A stretch of DNA of 60,502 nt from an uncultured Microscilla sp. GTDB taxonomy: Bacteria; Bacteroidota; Bacteroidia; Cytophagales; Microscillaceae. Location: contig NZ_CANLRP010000034.1 in NCBI RefSeq assembly GCF_947493425.1, positions 1 through 60,502 on the forward strand, given 5' to 3'. A program made the translations under genes and the position numbers. How positions within the stretch are numbered: the first letter of the stretch is position 1; every line of letters begins with the position of its first letter. The notes beneath the pieces are model-generated. The model did not search any database and was not told where the DNA came from. It was given only the letters and a program-made list of their open reading frames with translations. This document shows, piece by piece, positions 9,452-20,100 of this stretch.

Positions 9452-10018
9452 TTAAAAAGGAGGAGCTATATAAGTAAAGCCGTCTTCTCCTAAGTTATTA
9501 GTCAAAATCCTAAGATTTTTCTTTACATCATCATAAGGCCCTGCCAAATAGATAGGCTTACCATCTTTGCCAAACTCTATTTCGTCTATTCCATCCGTAA
9601 TCAAGTCTTCGTCCAAAAACCTTTGAGTAATTGCCCAGTCCTTATCCATAGGGTCAAAACCACAACTCGCTGCGTGGTCAATGCCCCCAAAAATAATGTT
9701 ATGAGCTGTTTGCTCATTAATTTGTTCATATTCACGTCCTTCTCTCACAAAATTTTCATCGACAAAATCTTCGTATTCGTCAGCATCCATATTGATAAAG
9801 TATAAGGTGCTTTTTAGCCCCAAACATCCCTTATCTATCAGGTAAACACAACAGCAAATTTTGCCGCTGGGCATTTTCTTACTTACATATACTGATACCA
9901 GCTCATGTCCCGAAAACCAGTCAGCACTGGCATAGCATTTATAAAAAGGTAAATTACTACTTTTGTTTGCAATATACTTTCTGGTCAGTTGGCGTTCTTT
10001 TTTGGTTAGTTGTTGCAT
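9452..10018 (-). CDS. Hypothetical protein with a Cys-rich segment. No recognisable family.
   Basis: A 188-aa ORF of non-low-complexity composition, containing CCCVYLIDKGCLG and HAASCGF motifs. It is convergent with the 8125..9216 gene. Confidence 0.45.
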   Translation of the reverse strand: MQQLTKKERQLTRKYIANKSSNLPFYKCYASADWFSGHELVSVYVSKKMPSGKICCCVYLIDKGCLGLKSTLYFINMDADEYEDFVDENFVREGREYEQINEQTAHNIIFGGIDHAASCGFDPMDKDWAITQRFLDEDLITDGIDEIEFGKDGKPIYLAGPYDDVKKNLRILTNNLGEDGFTYIAPPF

Positions 10019-10094
10019 TTCTTTATAATTAAAATTAACACATTTTGCTTAAATTTAGATTCCATTATATAATACTGTCTTAAAAATAACAAAT

Positions 10095-10313
10095 ATGCCT
10101 GAATTTAAAACCCTCCACGACGCCTTTGAATGGTTTCTTGAAAACGTGTATCCTCAACTTTCTTCTGAACAAAAAAGGCGATTAAAAGACGTAAGGTACG
10201 ATTTCTATGCAGAAGGTAGGAAAGTATCGGTTAACCGTATGAATAGGTTTTTGAATGAATTTAGTGATTTTGAAAATATTTTCCGTGTAAATAATAAAAA
10301 ACAAAAGTCGTAG
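10095..10313 (+). CDS. Small hypothetical protein of 72 aa.
   Basis: Clean ORF with balanced composition. A hairpin (atctttgtt...aacaaagat, 10339-10367) follows it, but it is not T-rich. Confidence 0.35.
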   Translation: MPEFKTLHDAFEWFLENVYPQLSSEQKRRLKDVRYDFYAEGRKVSVNRMNRFLNEFSDFENIFRVNNKKQKS

Positions 10314-10433
10314 ATTTTTAAAATAAACGATTTTTACTATCTTTGTTTATCTTTGAAAAACAAAGATGCCCCTGAGGTACCAGATTTGACCGTCTTACCC
10401 CAGAGGCTTTGCTAAATATAAAAACTTAACAAT

Positions 10434-10694
10434 ATGCAAGGTACTAATTTCTTTGACGTTGCCCAAAGCCCTTATTCGCTTGATTGGTTTGAGCAAGGCA
10501 TTCGTGCTCGTTTAGAGCATCTTTCATTATTGGCAGATACACCATTAGAAAATTATAGCCAAACTGGACAAAGTTTAAACCCCAACAGCATCGAAAGAAT
10601 GACGAGCCATTTGGAGTTGTGCATGTTAGAAATGAGCTATTTGATAAACGAATTAAAGTTGTTGCAAAAACTTAAAATTGATGTGTTGCCTTAG
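10434..10694 (+). CDS. Small hypothetical protein of 86 aa.
   Basis: Clean ORF, immediately followed by a strong terminator hairpin at 10716-10765. This supports it being a transcribed unit. Confidence 0.45.
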   Translation: MQGTNFFDVAQSPYSLDWFEQGIRARLEHLSLLADTPLENYSQTGQSLNPNSIERMTSHLELCMLEMSYLINELKLLQKLKIDVLP

Positions 10695-10715
10695 TTTTAT
10701 AAAAATAATTATTTC

Positions 10716-10765
10716 ATTGCCTTACCCCAACGTTTTGGGTAAGGCAATTTACCCTACTTTTTTGC
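10716..10765 (+). terminator. Rho-independent terminator with a 12-bp perfect stem.
   Basis: attgccttaccc (10716-10727), loop caacgtttt, then gggtaaggcaat (10737-10748), followed by a downstream T-run (ttaccctactttttt). Confidence 0.65.
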
Positions 10766-10931
10766 CCCAATATTGCCTCTGAAGTCGACACTTTTAAAAA
10801 AAATAAACCCTCTCCTGCTTTTTAATTTAAAAAGTGTAAATTAGTATTGAATTTTAATTTAGGTAAGGTATAGTTGTACAGTTATCTATACTTAGTCAGA
10901 TTGATTATTAATATTGAATTGAACACACAAA

Positions 10932-13688
10932 ATGGATAAATTTTCTTATATCGGAAACGCTGATGTGGCTTATGTAGAAGAGCTGTATCAGCAATATAAA
11001 AACGACCCCGAATCGGTCGACAGTACTTGGCAATATTTCTTTAAAGGATTTGATTTTTCGGTAGAGCAGTATGGTGAACCAGGTGAAAGTACCAATGGAC
11101 AAAACGGAGCTGCTGCTACAACCAAAGGTAAAGCCTCTAAAGCCGATATAGAGAAAGAAATAAGTGTTCGTGAGTTGATCTCGGCTTACCGTTCACGTGC
11201 CCACCTTTTGTCTAAAACCAACCCAGTAAGACCTCGCCGTGACCGTAGGGCTCGGCTTGAACTCAAAGATTTTGGTTTGACTGATGCCGACCTCAATACT
11301 ACCTTTGAGGCAGGACGTACTATTTTTGACCGTCCGGCTACTTTGAAAGAAATCATTGACGCCCTTAAGCACATTTATGAGCGCACTATTGGTTTTGAGT
11401 ATGCCTATATTCGTGAGCCAGAAGTATTGGAGTGGTTCAAACAAAAAATTGAGAGCGAGTCGCTCAACTTCAACCCATCGTCTGACTACAAAAAAAGAAT
11501 TTTATCTAAACTCAATGAGGCAGTAGCCTTTGAGAATTTTTTACATACCAAATACATTGGACAAAAACGCTTCTCGATAGAAGGGGGTGAAAGTACTATT
11601 CCAGCCTTAGACGCAGTGATCAACCGTAGCGCAGAGCTAGGAGTAAAAGAAGTAGTGATAGGCATGGCACATCGGGGACGTCTCAACGTGTTGGTAAACA
11701 TTATGGGTAAAACCTACGAAGATGTTTTCAACGAATTTGAAGGCGAAATGCCCGAAGAAGCAATGGGAGATGGTGACGTAAAATATCACTTGGGTTTTGC
11801 CACCGAAATAGACACTCCTGAAGGGCATAAAGTAAATTTACAATTAGCCCCTAATCCATCGCACCTTGAGGCAGTAGACCCCTTGGTAGAAGGATATGTA
11901 CGTGCGAAGTGTGACCGTATGTATGATGGTAATGTAGACCGAATATTGCCCATTCTGATTCACGGAGATGCAGCAATTGCCGGGCAGGGCTTGGTATATG
12001 AAATCACCCAAATGTCGAAACTGGAAGGCTACCATACTGGAGGAACTATTCATTTTGTGATTAATAATCAGGTAGGCTTTACCACCAATTTTGAAGACGC
12101 CCGTTCTAGTATTTATTGTACCGATGTGGCAAAAATGACTGACTCCCCTGTGTTACACGTAAACGGTGATGACCCTGAGGCAGTAGTATTTTGTTGTAGG
12201 TTGGCAGCTGAGTTTCGTGAGAAATTTAACCGCGACATTTTCATCGACTTAGTGTGTTACCGTAAGCACGGACACAACGAAAGCGACGAGCCTAAGTTTA
12301 CCCAGCCTGCGTTGTACAAGTTGATCTCTAAGCACCCCAACCCACGTGAACTATACTTGAGTCGTCTCAAAGAAAGTGGTGACTTGAACGCAAGTATTGC
12401 CAAAGAAATGGAGCAGGAGTTTAAGCAAATGTTACAGGATAGGCTCAATATGGTCAAGCAAAAAGCCGTCGCATATAAATTACAACCTGTAGAGAAAGAA
12501 TGGGAAGAGTTGCGTTGGTCTACTCCTACCGACTTTGACAGGGTATATGATACCAAAATCACGGCTGATATGGTGGATAAAATAGGGAAAGCATTGACCT
12601 TTTTGCCAAAAGGCTTCAAACCTATTCGTCAGATAGAAAAATTGCTCGAAAAACGCAAAGACATGTTCTTTGACAGCAAAATACTTGATTGGGCTTCTGC
12701 CGAATTGCTGGCGTATGGGTCTATACTTGCTGAAGGTAAGATTGTACGTTTTAGCGGACAAGATGTAAAACGTGGTACTTTCTCACATCGTCATGCTGTA
12801 TTACACGATGCTAACACAAGCGAGCCATTTTATAGCCTTGATTATATTCAGGAAGGGCAAGAGAAAATGCGTATTTATAACTCTCTCTTGTCTGAGTATG
12901 GTGTATTAGGTTTTGAGTTTGGGTATGCAATGGCAAACCCTCATGCGCTTACTATCTGGGAAGCTCAATTTGGCGATTTTGCCAATGGTGCACAAATTAT
13001 CATAGATCAGTTCATTACAGCTGTTGAGTCTAAATGGCAAAAAATGAATGGTTTGGTTATGTTGTTGCCCCACGGTTATGAAGGTCAAGGACCTGAGCAT
13101 TCAAGCGCCCGTTTAGAGCGTTTCTTGCAAATGTCGGCAGAATACAACATCATTGTAGCTAACCTGACTACCCCCGCCAATCTTTTCCACATTTTGCGTC
13201 GCCAGTTAGCCTGGGAGTTCCGCAAGCCATTGGTGATTATGTCGCCTAAGTCGTTATTGCGTGACAAGAAAGTAGTATCCTCTGTATCTGAGTTTACCGA
13301 TGGGCAGTTCCACGAGGTAATCGGGGACGATTATGTAGAGGCCAAGAAAGTGAAAAAAGTATTGTTGTGTACTGGTAAAATCTATTACGATTTGCTTAAA
13401 AAACAACAAGACGATAAACGCAAAGATGTAGCAATTATTCGTGTAGAGCAATTGCACCCATTCCCTACCAAGTCTATCCATTTGAAATTGGGTAAATATG
13501 TCAATGCCAAAACTTATTGGGTACAGGAAGAGCCAGTAAATATGGGAGCCTGGAGCTACATTCAGCGAGTATACCGTTACGACCAAATAGAGGTAATTGC
13601 CCGTAAGTCAAGTGCTTCACCTGCTACAGGTTATCATACGGTGCATAGTCAAGAGCAAGCAACCATCATAGAGGCGGCTTTTAAATAA
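10932..13688 (+). CDS. sucA: 2-oxoglutarate dehydrogenase E1 component.
   Basis: 918 aa. It has the conserved N-terminal MDKFSY...YVEELY region and the TPP-dependent E1 motifs GMAHRGRLNVL, HGDAAIAGQG, GFTT and EGQGPEHSSAR, and it has the expected length. Confidence 0.95.
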   Translation: MDKFSYIGNADVAYVEELYQQYKNDPESVDSTWQYFFKGFDFSVEQYGEPGESTNGQNGAAATTKGKASKADIEKEISVRELISAYRSRAHLLSKTNPVRPRRDRRARLELKDFGLTDADLNTTFEAGRTIFDRPATLKEIIDALKHIYERTIGFEYAYIREPEVLEWFKQKIESESLNFNPSSDYKKRILSKLNEAVAFENFLHTKYIGQKRFSIEGGESTIPALDAVINRSAELGVKEVVIGMAHRGRLNVLVNIMGKTYEDVFNEFEGEMPEEAMGDGDVKYHLGFATEIDTPEGHKVNLQLAPNPSHLEAVDPLVEGYVRAKCDRMYDGNVDRILPILIHGDAAIAGQGLVYEITQMSKLEGYHTGGTIHFVINNQVGFTTNFEDARSSIYCTDVAKMTDSPVLHVNGDDPEAVVFCCRLAAEFREKFNRDIFIDLVCYRKHGHNESDEPKFTQPALYKLISKHPNPRELYLSRLKESGDLNASIAKEMEQEFKQMLQDRLNMVKQKAVAYKLQPVEKEWEELRWSTPTDFDRVYDTKITADMVDKIGKALTFLPKGFKPIRQIEKLLEKRKDMFFDSKILDWASAELLAYGSILAEGKIVRFSGQDVKRGTFSHRHAVLHDANTSEPFYSLDYIQEGQEKMRIYNSLLSEYGVLGFEFGYAMANPHALTIWEAQFGDFANGAQIIIDQFITAVESKWQKMNGLVMLLPHGYEGQGPEHSSARLERFLQMSAEYNIIVANLTTPANLFHILRRQLAWEFRKPLVIMSPKSLLRDKKVVSSVSEFTDGQFHEVIGDDYVEAKKVKKVLLCTGKIYYDLLKKQQDDKRKDVAIIRVEQLHPFPTKSIHLKLGKYVNAKTYWVQEEPVNMGAWSYIQRVYRYDQIEVIARKSSASPATGYHTVHSQEQATIIEAAFK

Positions 13689-13710
13689 GCAAAGAGAGCA
13701 TTTATAAAAT

Positions 13711-13750
13711 AAACCCCATTTAACATTAAGTTGAGTGGGGTTTTATAGTT
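13711..13750. terminator. Bidirectional terminator hairpin between the convergent sucA and sensor-phosphatase genes.
   Basis: aaacccca (13711-13718) pairs with tggggttt (13736-13743), followed by ttttatagtttta on the + strand and a T-rich run on the - strand. Confidence 0.5.
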
Positions 13751-16700
13751 TTATCCCCATCACCAAAATATCATCCCTTTGAGTGGTATTGTTCATATGC
13801 TCATCCAAATTTTTCTCTAGTATTTGTTGTTGTTCCGCCATTGGCTTCAATGCATGTTCTGCCAAGAGCTTTTTGAGTTTTTGTGAACCAAAGCTTTTTC
13901 TTGCTGCATTATTCTGATCGCCATATCCATCGGTGGTCAAAAATATTAAATCATCTCTGTGTAAAGTAAGTGTGTGTTCTTCAAAAACCTGGTGATTTCT
14001 GGGCACTATTCCAATAGAAATTCTACTACCTTTGACTTCACCAAATTCCTGGGTGCTGCTTTTGATATAATACATAGGGCGTTTGGCTCCCCCAAAAATA
14101 ACCTTTACAGCGCCATCAGGCAAATACTGTATATTGCACAGCGCCATATCCATGCCTGATTGATTCCCTGTTTTTTCTCGCTGTAAAGCGTGCTTTAACT
14201 CAAACTTTAGTGTTTCTAGTATTTGGGCAGGTTGAATGATATTTTTTTGGTGTACAATCTCATTCATCAAAGTATAACTCATCATACTCATAAAAGCCCC
14301 TGGCACTCCATGTCCGGTACAATCTATAGCAGCTACTAGCCTTACATCCTTGCCATCTTTAGTTTTATCTGCCCAGTAAAAATCTCCCGATACAATGTCA
14401 CGGGGACGAAAAAGCACAAAATAGTTCTTAAATATTCCCTGCATTCTGTCATTAAAAGGCAATATAGCATCTTGAATAAGCTTGGCCGCCTCTATGCTCT
14501 TTTTTACCTGAAGGTTTTTCTGATAAAGTTGTTGGTTTTTTTGTTCGATAAAGTCGCGTTGAGCAGTAATTTCTTCGTGTTGTTGTTGAAGCTCTTCGTG
14601 TTGTACCATAATCTCTTCTTGCTTGTGCTGAAGCTCAACAGTACGTTGTTGCACCTTTTTTTCAAGACTGGCTTTTTGTTTAAGCAACCGACTGGCATTG
14701 ATGCGTAAAACTATTAATACAAACAATATGGCACATACCACATACAAGGTATAAGCCCACCAGGTGCGGTGCCAGGGAGGGTAAATCTTGAACTTGAAAC
14801 GTGCAACTTGGCTTAGATCACCATGCGCATTTTTGGCCTTTACTTCAAAAACGTAATTGCCTTCAGGCAAATTGGTATAATTAGTATTGCGTTCTGTGCT
14901 CCATTTAGACCATTTTTCTTGAAAACCTTTTAGCCTAAACTGGTACTGGTTTTTGTTACTATGTTCATAAAACAAAGAAGCATAATCAAACCTGAGTGTG
15001 TTGAATCGATAATCAAGGGAGACAGGACGTAGGTTGTTTTCGGTAAAAAGAAGAGAATCATTATTAATGAATACTTTCCTAATAATGGTTTGATAAGTGC
15101 TGGGAGAACTCTTTTTCCATTGACCATCATATACTATCATAGTTTGATCTTTGGCTATTGCCACCCGCCCATCTTCTAACTCTATGATGGATTCACTATC
15201 GAGTGAATGTTGTATAGCTCTGAATGGTTTTTCTACGAGTGTATACCCTTTGTCAGGGGTTGCTTTTAACATGATCAACTTGACTTCATCAGGTTTTTTT
15301 ATCTGGATAAAGAGGTCTCCTTTTTTTGTTTCATATATGTAATATGTTTGCTTGCCTTTTGTGAGTGGGTGTAAAACAGGATGAGGGTGAAAACGTTTTT
15401 TTGCCCTATCAAGTGCATATATACCATCTGTTGTACCAAAAATTAGCTGGTCATTTTGTAAGCGAAATACTATATTACCTGTAGTAGAAGGTAAGCCATT
15501 CTTGGCTGTATATACTACTTGTTTTACCACACTATCTTTTGCGGCATTGAGCCACACCCTAAAAATACCCAACTGAAAGTCATGAATCCATAAACTTTCA
15601 TCTTTATCTTCTATAATAGAGTATATTTTTGCGGTTATTTTTTCGCCTTTTACCTTTTTCTTTATCCATTTCCCTTTTTCCTGAGTCATCAAAAACAGCC
15701 CTTGGTTATAGGTACCTATCAGTAGTTTAGAAGGATCGTTTTTTAGTGCGATAAGGCATTGTACGTAGTTTTGATCTATGAGTTTTTTAGGCTTCCCATT
15801 TTTCATTTCATAAATGGCAGCAGTATGTGCCAGGTAGAATTTACCTTGGTGTTCCAAAAAGTCCCATACTCCATCCTTGATTCCTTTTACTTCTTCAAAA
15901 CGACCTTTTTTGTTTAAGAATGAAAGCCCATTCATAGTACCTACATAGAGCGTTTGGTTATGATATGTCATCCTTAGAATTTGCCCAGAAAAGCCATGCC
16001 TTTTGTCCCAATAGGTAAAAGAGCTATTATTATGGATCTGCCCAATGCCTTTTTCACCCAAGGTCCAGATGTTACCTTCTTTATCAAAATCAAAATTGTA
16101 GATCCAGAGGGTGGGAGTGTCTCGATTAGAAGCAACAAAGCGTTGAATTTTACCATCTTTGCCCAATATATATAATCCTTTGTTTTTGATAGTAAGCGCA
16201 ATAGAGCCATTGTTGAGTACCTTGACATAATATACTGTAGCAATTATGTCTAATTTGGCAAAAGTGCTGTCGAGTTCAGTCTCGAAGGCTTCTTCTCTCT
16301 GAAATTTACCGTTTTTTAAGTACAACCAACGCATTTGATGGGCTTTGGCATCAAATGCAACCAAAGTATCTTGGCTATAATTGGTTATATGCCATATATT
16401 AGATAGGTTCTTTACTCCTTGAAGTTGATTAGTTTTTGTTAGTTTTTTTCCATTCCAAACAAATAAACTATTGCCTGCTTGTACATATACTTGATTATTA
16501 AAATGAAAGACTTGTTTTCTTATTTTTGCAATAGGGGCAAATTGCTCTTTATTATAAATTGTTGAGTCATTAGGACTTACATAAGTAAACTTACCGTTTT
16601 GATAAATCAATGTGTTTTTAAACCAATCTATAAAGGCAACACCTTTATCTAAGGGGGTTATATTACGAATTGTTTTAAATTTTTTCTGTTCTTTAGGGAT

Positions 16701-17048
16701 TGATGGCATCAAGGATACATACTTACGGTTTTGTCCAGTAGAGTCATACCCCAAATAACCCAATTCATTGTCGGAACCCACAAATAGGGTGTCGTTATAA
16801 TAACCAATAGCAAACACAAAACCTTTATTTTTTATTGGAAATTTACTCCATTTTTTGCCGTCATATTGTAGAATTCCAAAGTTATCGCCCACATATATCA
16901 TCCCTGTTTTATCTTGCGCCACCCCCCAGCTTTGATACCCTCCTTTATAGTCTTTGGGTAGGTGTTTGGTTACGTAGGGAGTTTGTGCCTGAGAGACAGT
17001 AGCGGCATAAACAAGTAAAACATTGATAATTAAGAACAACTTCATCAT
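13743..17048 (-). CDS. Sensor Ser/Thr phosphatase. It has a signal peptide, periplasmic two-component-regulator beta-propeller repeats (Reg_prop) plus a Y_Y_Y domain, one TM helix, a coiled coil, and a PP2C/SpoIIE-type phosphatase domain.
   Basis: 1101 aa. The N-terminal signal is MMKLFLIINVLLVYAATVSQA. Propeller-like repeats are repeated GxxxGLxxYDG/IW motifs. The TM helix is WWAYTLYVVCAILFVLIVL, followed by a QQ/EE heptad coiled coil. The C-terminus carries PPM motifs (GDFYW, DCTGHGVPGAFMSM, TDGYGDQ). Confidence 0.85.
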   Translation of the reverse strand: MMKLFLIINVLLVYAATVSQAQTPYVTKHLPKDYKGGYQSWGVAQDKTGMIYVGDNFGILQYDGKKWSKFPIKNKGFVFAIGYYNDTLFVGSDNELGYLGYDSTGQNRKYVSLMPSIPKEQKKFKTIRNITPLDKGVAFIDWFKNTLIYQNGKFTYVSPNDSTIYNKEQFAPIAKIRKQVFHFNNQVYVQAGNSLFVWNGKKLTKTNQLQGVKNLSNIWHITNYSQDTLVAFDAKAHQMRWLYLKNGKFQREEAFETELDSTFAKLDIIATVYYVKVLNNGSIALTIKNKGLYILGKDGKIQRFVASNRDTPTLWIYNFDFDKEGNIWTLGEKGIGQIHNNSSFTYWDKRHGFSGQILRMTYHNQTLYVGTMNGLSFLNKKGRFEEVKGIKDGVWDFLEHQGKFYLAHTAAIYEMKNGKPKKLIDQNYVQCLIALKNDPSKLLIGTYNQGLFLMTQEKGKWIKKKVKGEKITAKIYSIIEDKDESLWIHDFQLGIFRVWLNAAKDSVVKQVVYTAKNGLPSTTGNIVFRLQNDQLIFGTTDGIYALDRAKKRFHPHPVLHPLTKGKQTYYIYETKKGDLFIQIKKPDEVKLIMLKATPDKGYTLVEKPFRAIQHSLDSESIIELEDGRVAIAKDQTMIVYDGQWKKSSPSTYQTIIRKVFINNDSLLFTENNLRPVSLDYRFNTLRFDYASLFYEHSNKNQYQFRLKGFQEKWSKWSTERNTNYTNLPEGNYVFEVKAKNAHGDLSQVARFKFKIYPPWHRTWWAYTLYVVCAILFVLIVLRINASRLLKQKASLEKKVQQRTVELQHKQEEIMVQHEELQQQHEEITAQRDFIEQKNQQLYQKNLQVKKSIEAAKLIQDAILPFNDRMQGIFKNYFVLFRPRDIVSGDFYWADKTKDGKDVRLVAAIDCTGHGVPGAFMSMMSYTLMNEIVHQKNIIQPAQILETLKFELKHALQREKTGNQSGMDMALCNIQYLPDGAVKVIFGGAKRPMYYIKSSTQEFGEVKGSRISIGIVPRNHQVFEEHTLTLHRDDLIFLTTDGYGDQNNAARKSFGSQKLKKLLAEHALKPMAEQQQILEKNLDEHMNNTTQRDDILVMGIKL

Positions 17049-17164
17049 AGTTCATATAGTATAGTCGTGTAAACCAAGGATTGCCCTTGGCGTGAGTTAT
17101 AGTTAATGTTATAACAAAGCAACATGCAGTGTTGCTTTACAAAGTACACAACGGGTAAGGAGCG

Positions 17165-20100
17165 CTATAGCTGAATGCCCAATATTACAATATCATCACG
17201 TTGGTCTGCCTCTTCTTGGTGTTCAGTTTTAGCTTTCAACAACCGTGCACGTTGTACGTTTAGTGGTTCATGCATGATTTCTTTTAATAATGTAATGAAT
17301 TGCTTGGTTCCAAAAGATTTACGTTTGTTATTAGGGATATCTACAAATCCATCACTACTTAAATAAAGTATGTCATTGCGTTTGAGTTGAACCACATGGT
17401 TCTCTAACTCTTGTGTTACTTGCTTAGGCATCCAACCACCAATAAAAAACCTATTTCTTTGGATTTGATGCAACTTTTTTTGATGTGTATAATACAATGG
17501 ACGTTTGGCATTGCTGTATGTCAGCTCTACCTTGTCCGAGTCATCTATATATTGCACCCTACACAAGCATATATCCATACCATCATTATTATCTGATTCC
17601 TTCTGATGCAAGCCTTTACGAATGCCCTCTTGTATTTTAGATATGATCTTTTTGGGATCAAAAATTTTCTTTTCATTGACTATTTCGCTCAAAAGCCTGC
17701 TGCCAATCATGCTCATAAAAGCTCCTGGTACCCCGTGTCCGGTGCAGTCTACAGCTGCCACAAAACTATATACTTCAAAAGAAGGGACACTATCAATTAT
17801 GACGCGCTTCTTTACATGGCTCATCCAATAAAAGTCGCCAGAAACAATATCTTTGGGTTCGTAGATAATAAAATGATCATTAAAAATTTTCTCAAAGCTT
17901 TTGCTGCTGGGCAAAATGGCTGCTTGAATTTTTTGGGCATAACGAATACTGGCTGTAATTTCCTGGTTTTGGGTTTCTATTTTAAACTTTTGTAACTCTA
18001 TTTTAGTATAACTATCCGTATTTTGTAATGCTATGGTAATATATACTGCAAGGTTACGCAACAAGTTGAGGTGATAATTTGTATATACGTTGGTTTGTAA
18101 ACTTTGTACACTTACCAAGCCAATTACTTCTTGTTCGACAATAAGTGGTATACAAATGAAAGCATTTAACAATTCATCTTCTTGGTAACTATCCAGTGAC
18201 TCCACAAAATTGTGATACTCTTTATACACATCATTCACTATGATTTCTTTTTGGCGAAGTACACACAGCACCCCAAACCTGTTTTCATCGGTAGCAGGTA
18301 CTGTTAGTTGGGGCATTTTCTCGCCTAGATGTATGTAGTCGTTAAAAGTAATCGTGTGTGCTTTTGGATCATATAAGCCTATTCCAAACTCTGCAACGTC
18401 CATCAAGTTATTTACATTATTATACACAGTCTCTACTATCTGGCTTAACGATAGCTTTGAAGTGATTTCTTGCCCTATTTCACTCAATAGTTTTACATTC
18501 TGATAAGCTTGCTCTATTTCATCACTTTTATTTACTAGTTCATTGTTGACTGTTTTCAGGTTTTCAGCTTGTATCTGTATTTCTTCTTTTTGTTGTTCCA
18601 GTGCCGAATTTTTATGCTCAATAGCAGTATTAGCTTCTTTGAGGTTTTCAGCTTGTATCTGTATTTCTTCTTTTTGTTGCTCAAGTTCTGAGTTTTTTAG
18701 CAAGATTTCGTCGTTCTTATGGCGAATCTCTGTAGTACGGGCTTCCACTGTTTTCTCCAGTTTATCTTTTTGTTGCTCCAACCTTCGAGTATATAGTTTG
18801 ATGGTAACACCTATCAATATGATGCTCATGAATGTATATCCTGTATAAGCCCATATTGTACGGTGCCAGGGAGGGTGTATTTGGAACATGTAGGTTAACG
18901 CTGGACTTTTTTCTTGGTATAGGTTACGGGTTTGAATATGCAATGTATAATTACCTTCTCTTAGGTTGGTGTATTCCTTATAACTTTCCTTAGTCCAAGG
19001 CGACCATTCTTTGTCTAGTCCTGCCAGGCGGTAACGAAACTCGTTTTTGTGGTTATCAGCATAAAAGGTACTGCTTACATTAAACCTAAAACTATTATAA
19101 GTGTATTCAAATACGGGGTACTGATACCCTTGTTTGGGCAGACTTATCATTTGCCCTTGCGCATTGGCAAAAGTGCCTCCAAATATTATAGAGTCTTTTG
19201 CACCAGTAAGCGCTATTTCGCGTAATAATACTTTGAAAGGTTGTTTTATACGAGGTTGTTGGGGCGCATAATGAATTACCCCTTCCTTGGTGGCAAACAA
19301 TATATTTTTGTCATCTAATGGGTTTAAATGGGGGGCAAGTTTTTCTATAAACGAACCTCGTAACTTTCTAAAAGGAGCATTTATCTTTTTGTAGTTGCCA
19401 TTTACTTGTTTTTGTAACAAACCCACTTCCAGGTATTTATCTTTTACCTCGTTATGCACCTTCTGTGCCACATACCAAATTCCTTGTTGGGCATCACTGC
19501 GTAGATAAATCAACATTTTATGATCACCAATTAATTTGTTTAGCCTGGTTTCTCTCACCATTTTGTCTTGGGTTTCATCATGTAAGTATACCCCGTTTTC
19601 AGTGGCAAACATATTCTGACCGTTGACTTTAAACAAACGGTTGAATGTATTGGAAGGAAACCCCTTGGTTTTGTCATAAAACTTAATATTTACTACGCTG
19701 TCAAGCTGTGTATTAAGGGTGAGTTTATAGGCTCCATGTTGGTCGCTGCTCATCCAAATAATGCCTTTTTTACTTTCCTGTATATAACGCGAGTTTTTTG
19801 AAAATCCTTTGACCACATTTTTTACCCGCCACTGTTTGTTCTTCCATTCTAGTAAAAGTAAGCCTCTTTTACCTCCAGCCATCAACAAATTTGGGTGGTT
19901 TTTTAGAGAAATAATTGTCCATATATTGCCATTCGTCTTTTGTAATGACTGAGCTTTGAAAGACTTACGAGAAGTAGCAAATTTTAAAATGCCTGGATTG
20001 AATGCTGCTAAGAGTTGGTTTTTGAAGGTTTTAAATTGCCAGGTTTGATTCACTAAATTTGGAATGGTTTTAAACCAAATAGAGTCCTGTAGAGGGTTTT

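Noticed and set aside
18543-18848. 101-aa plus-strand ORF with internally repeated CICISSFCCSS segments.
   Set aside because: It is the antisense reading of the tandem-duplicated coiled-coil region of the sensor phosphatase. The repeat is explained by the 84-nt duplication, so it is not a gene.
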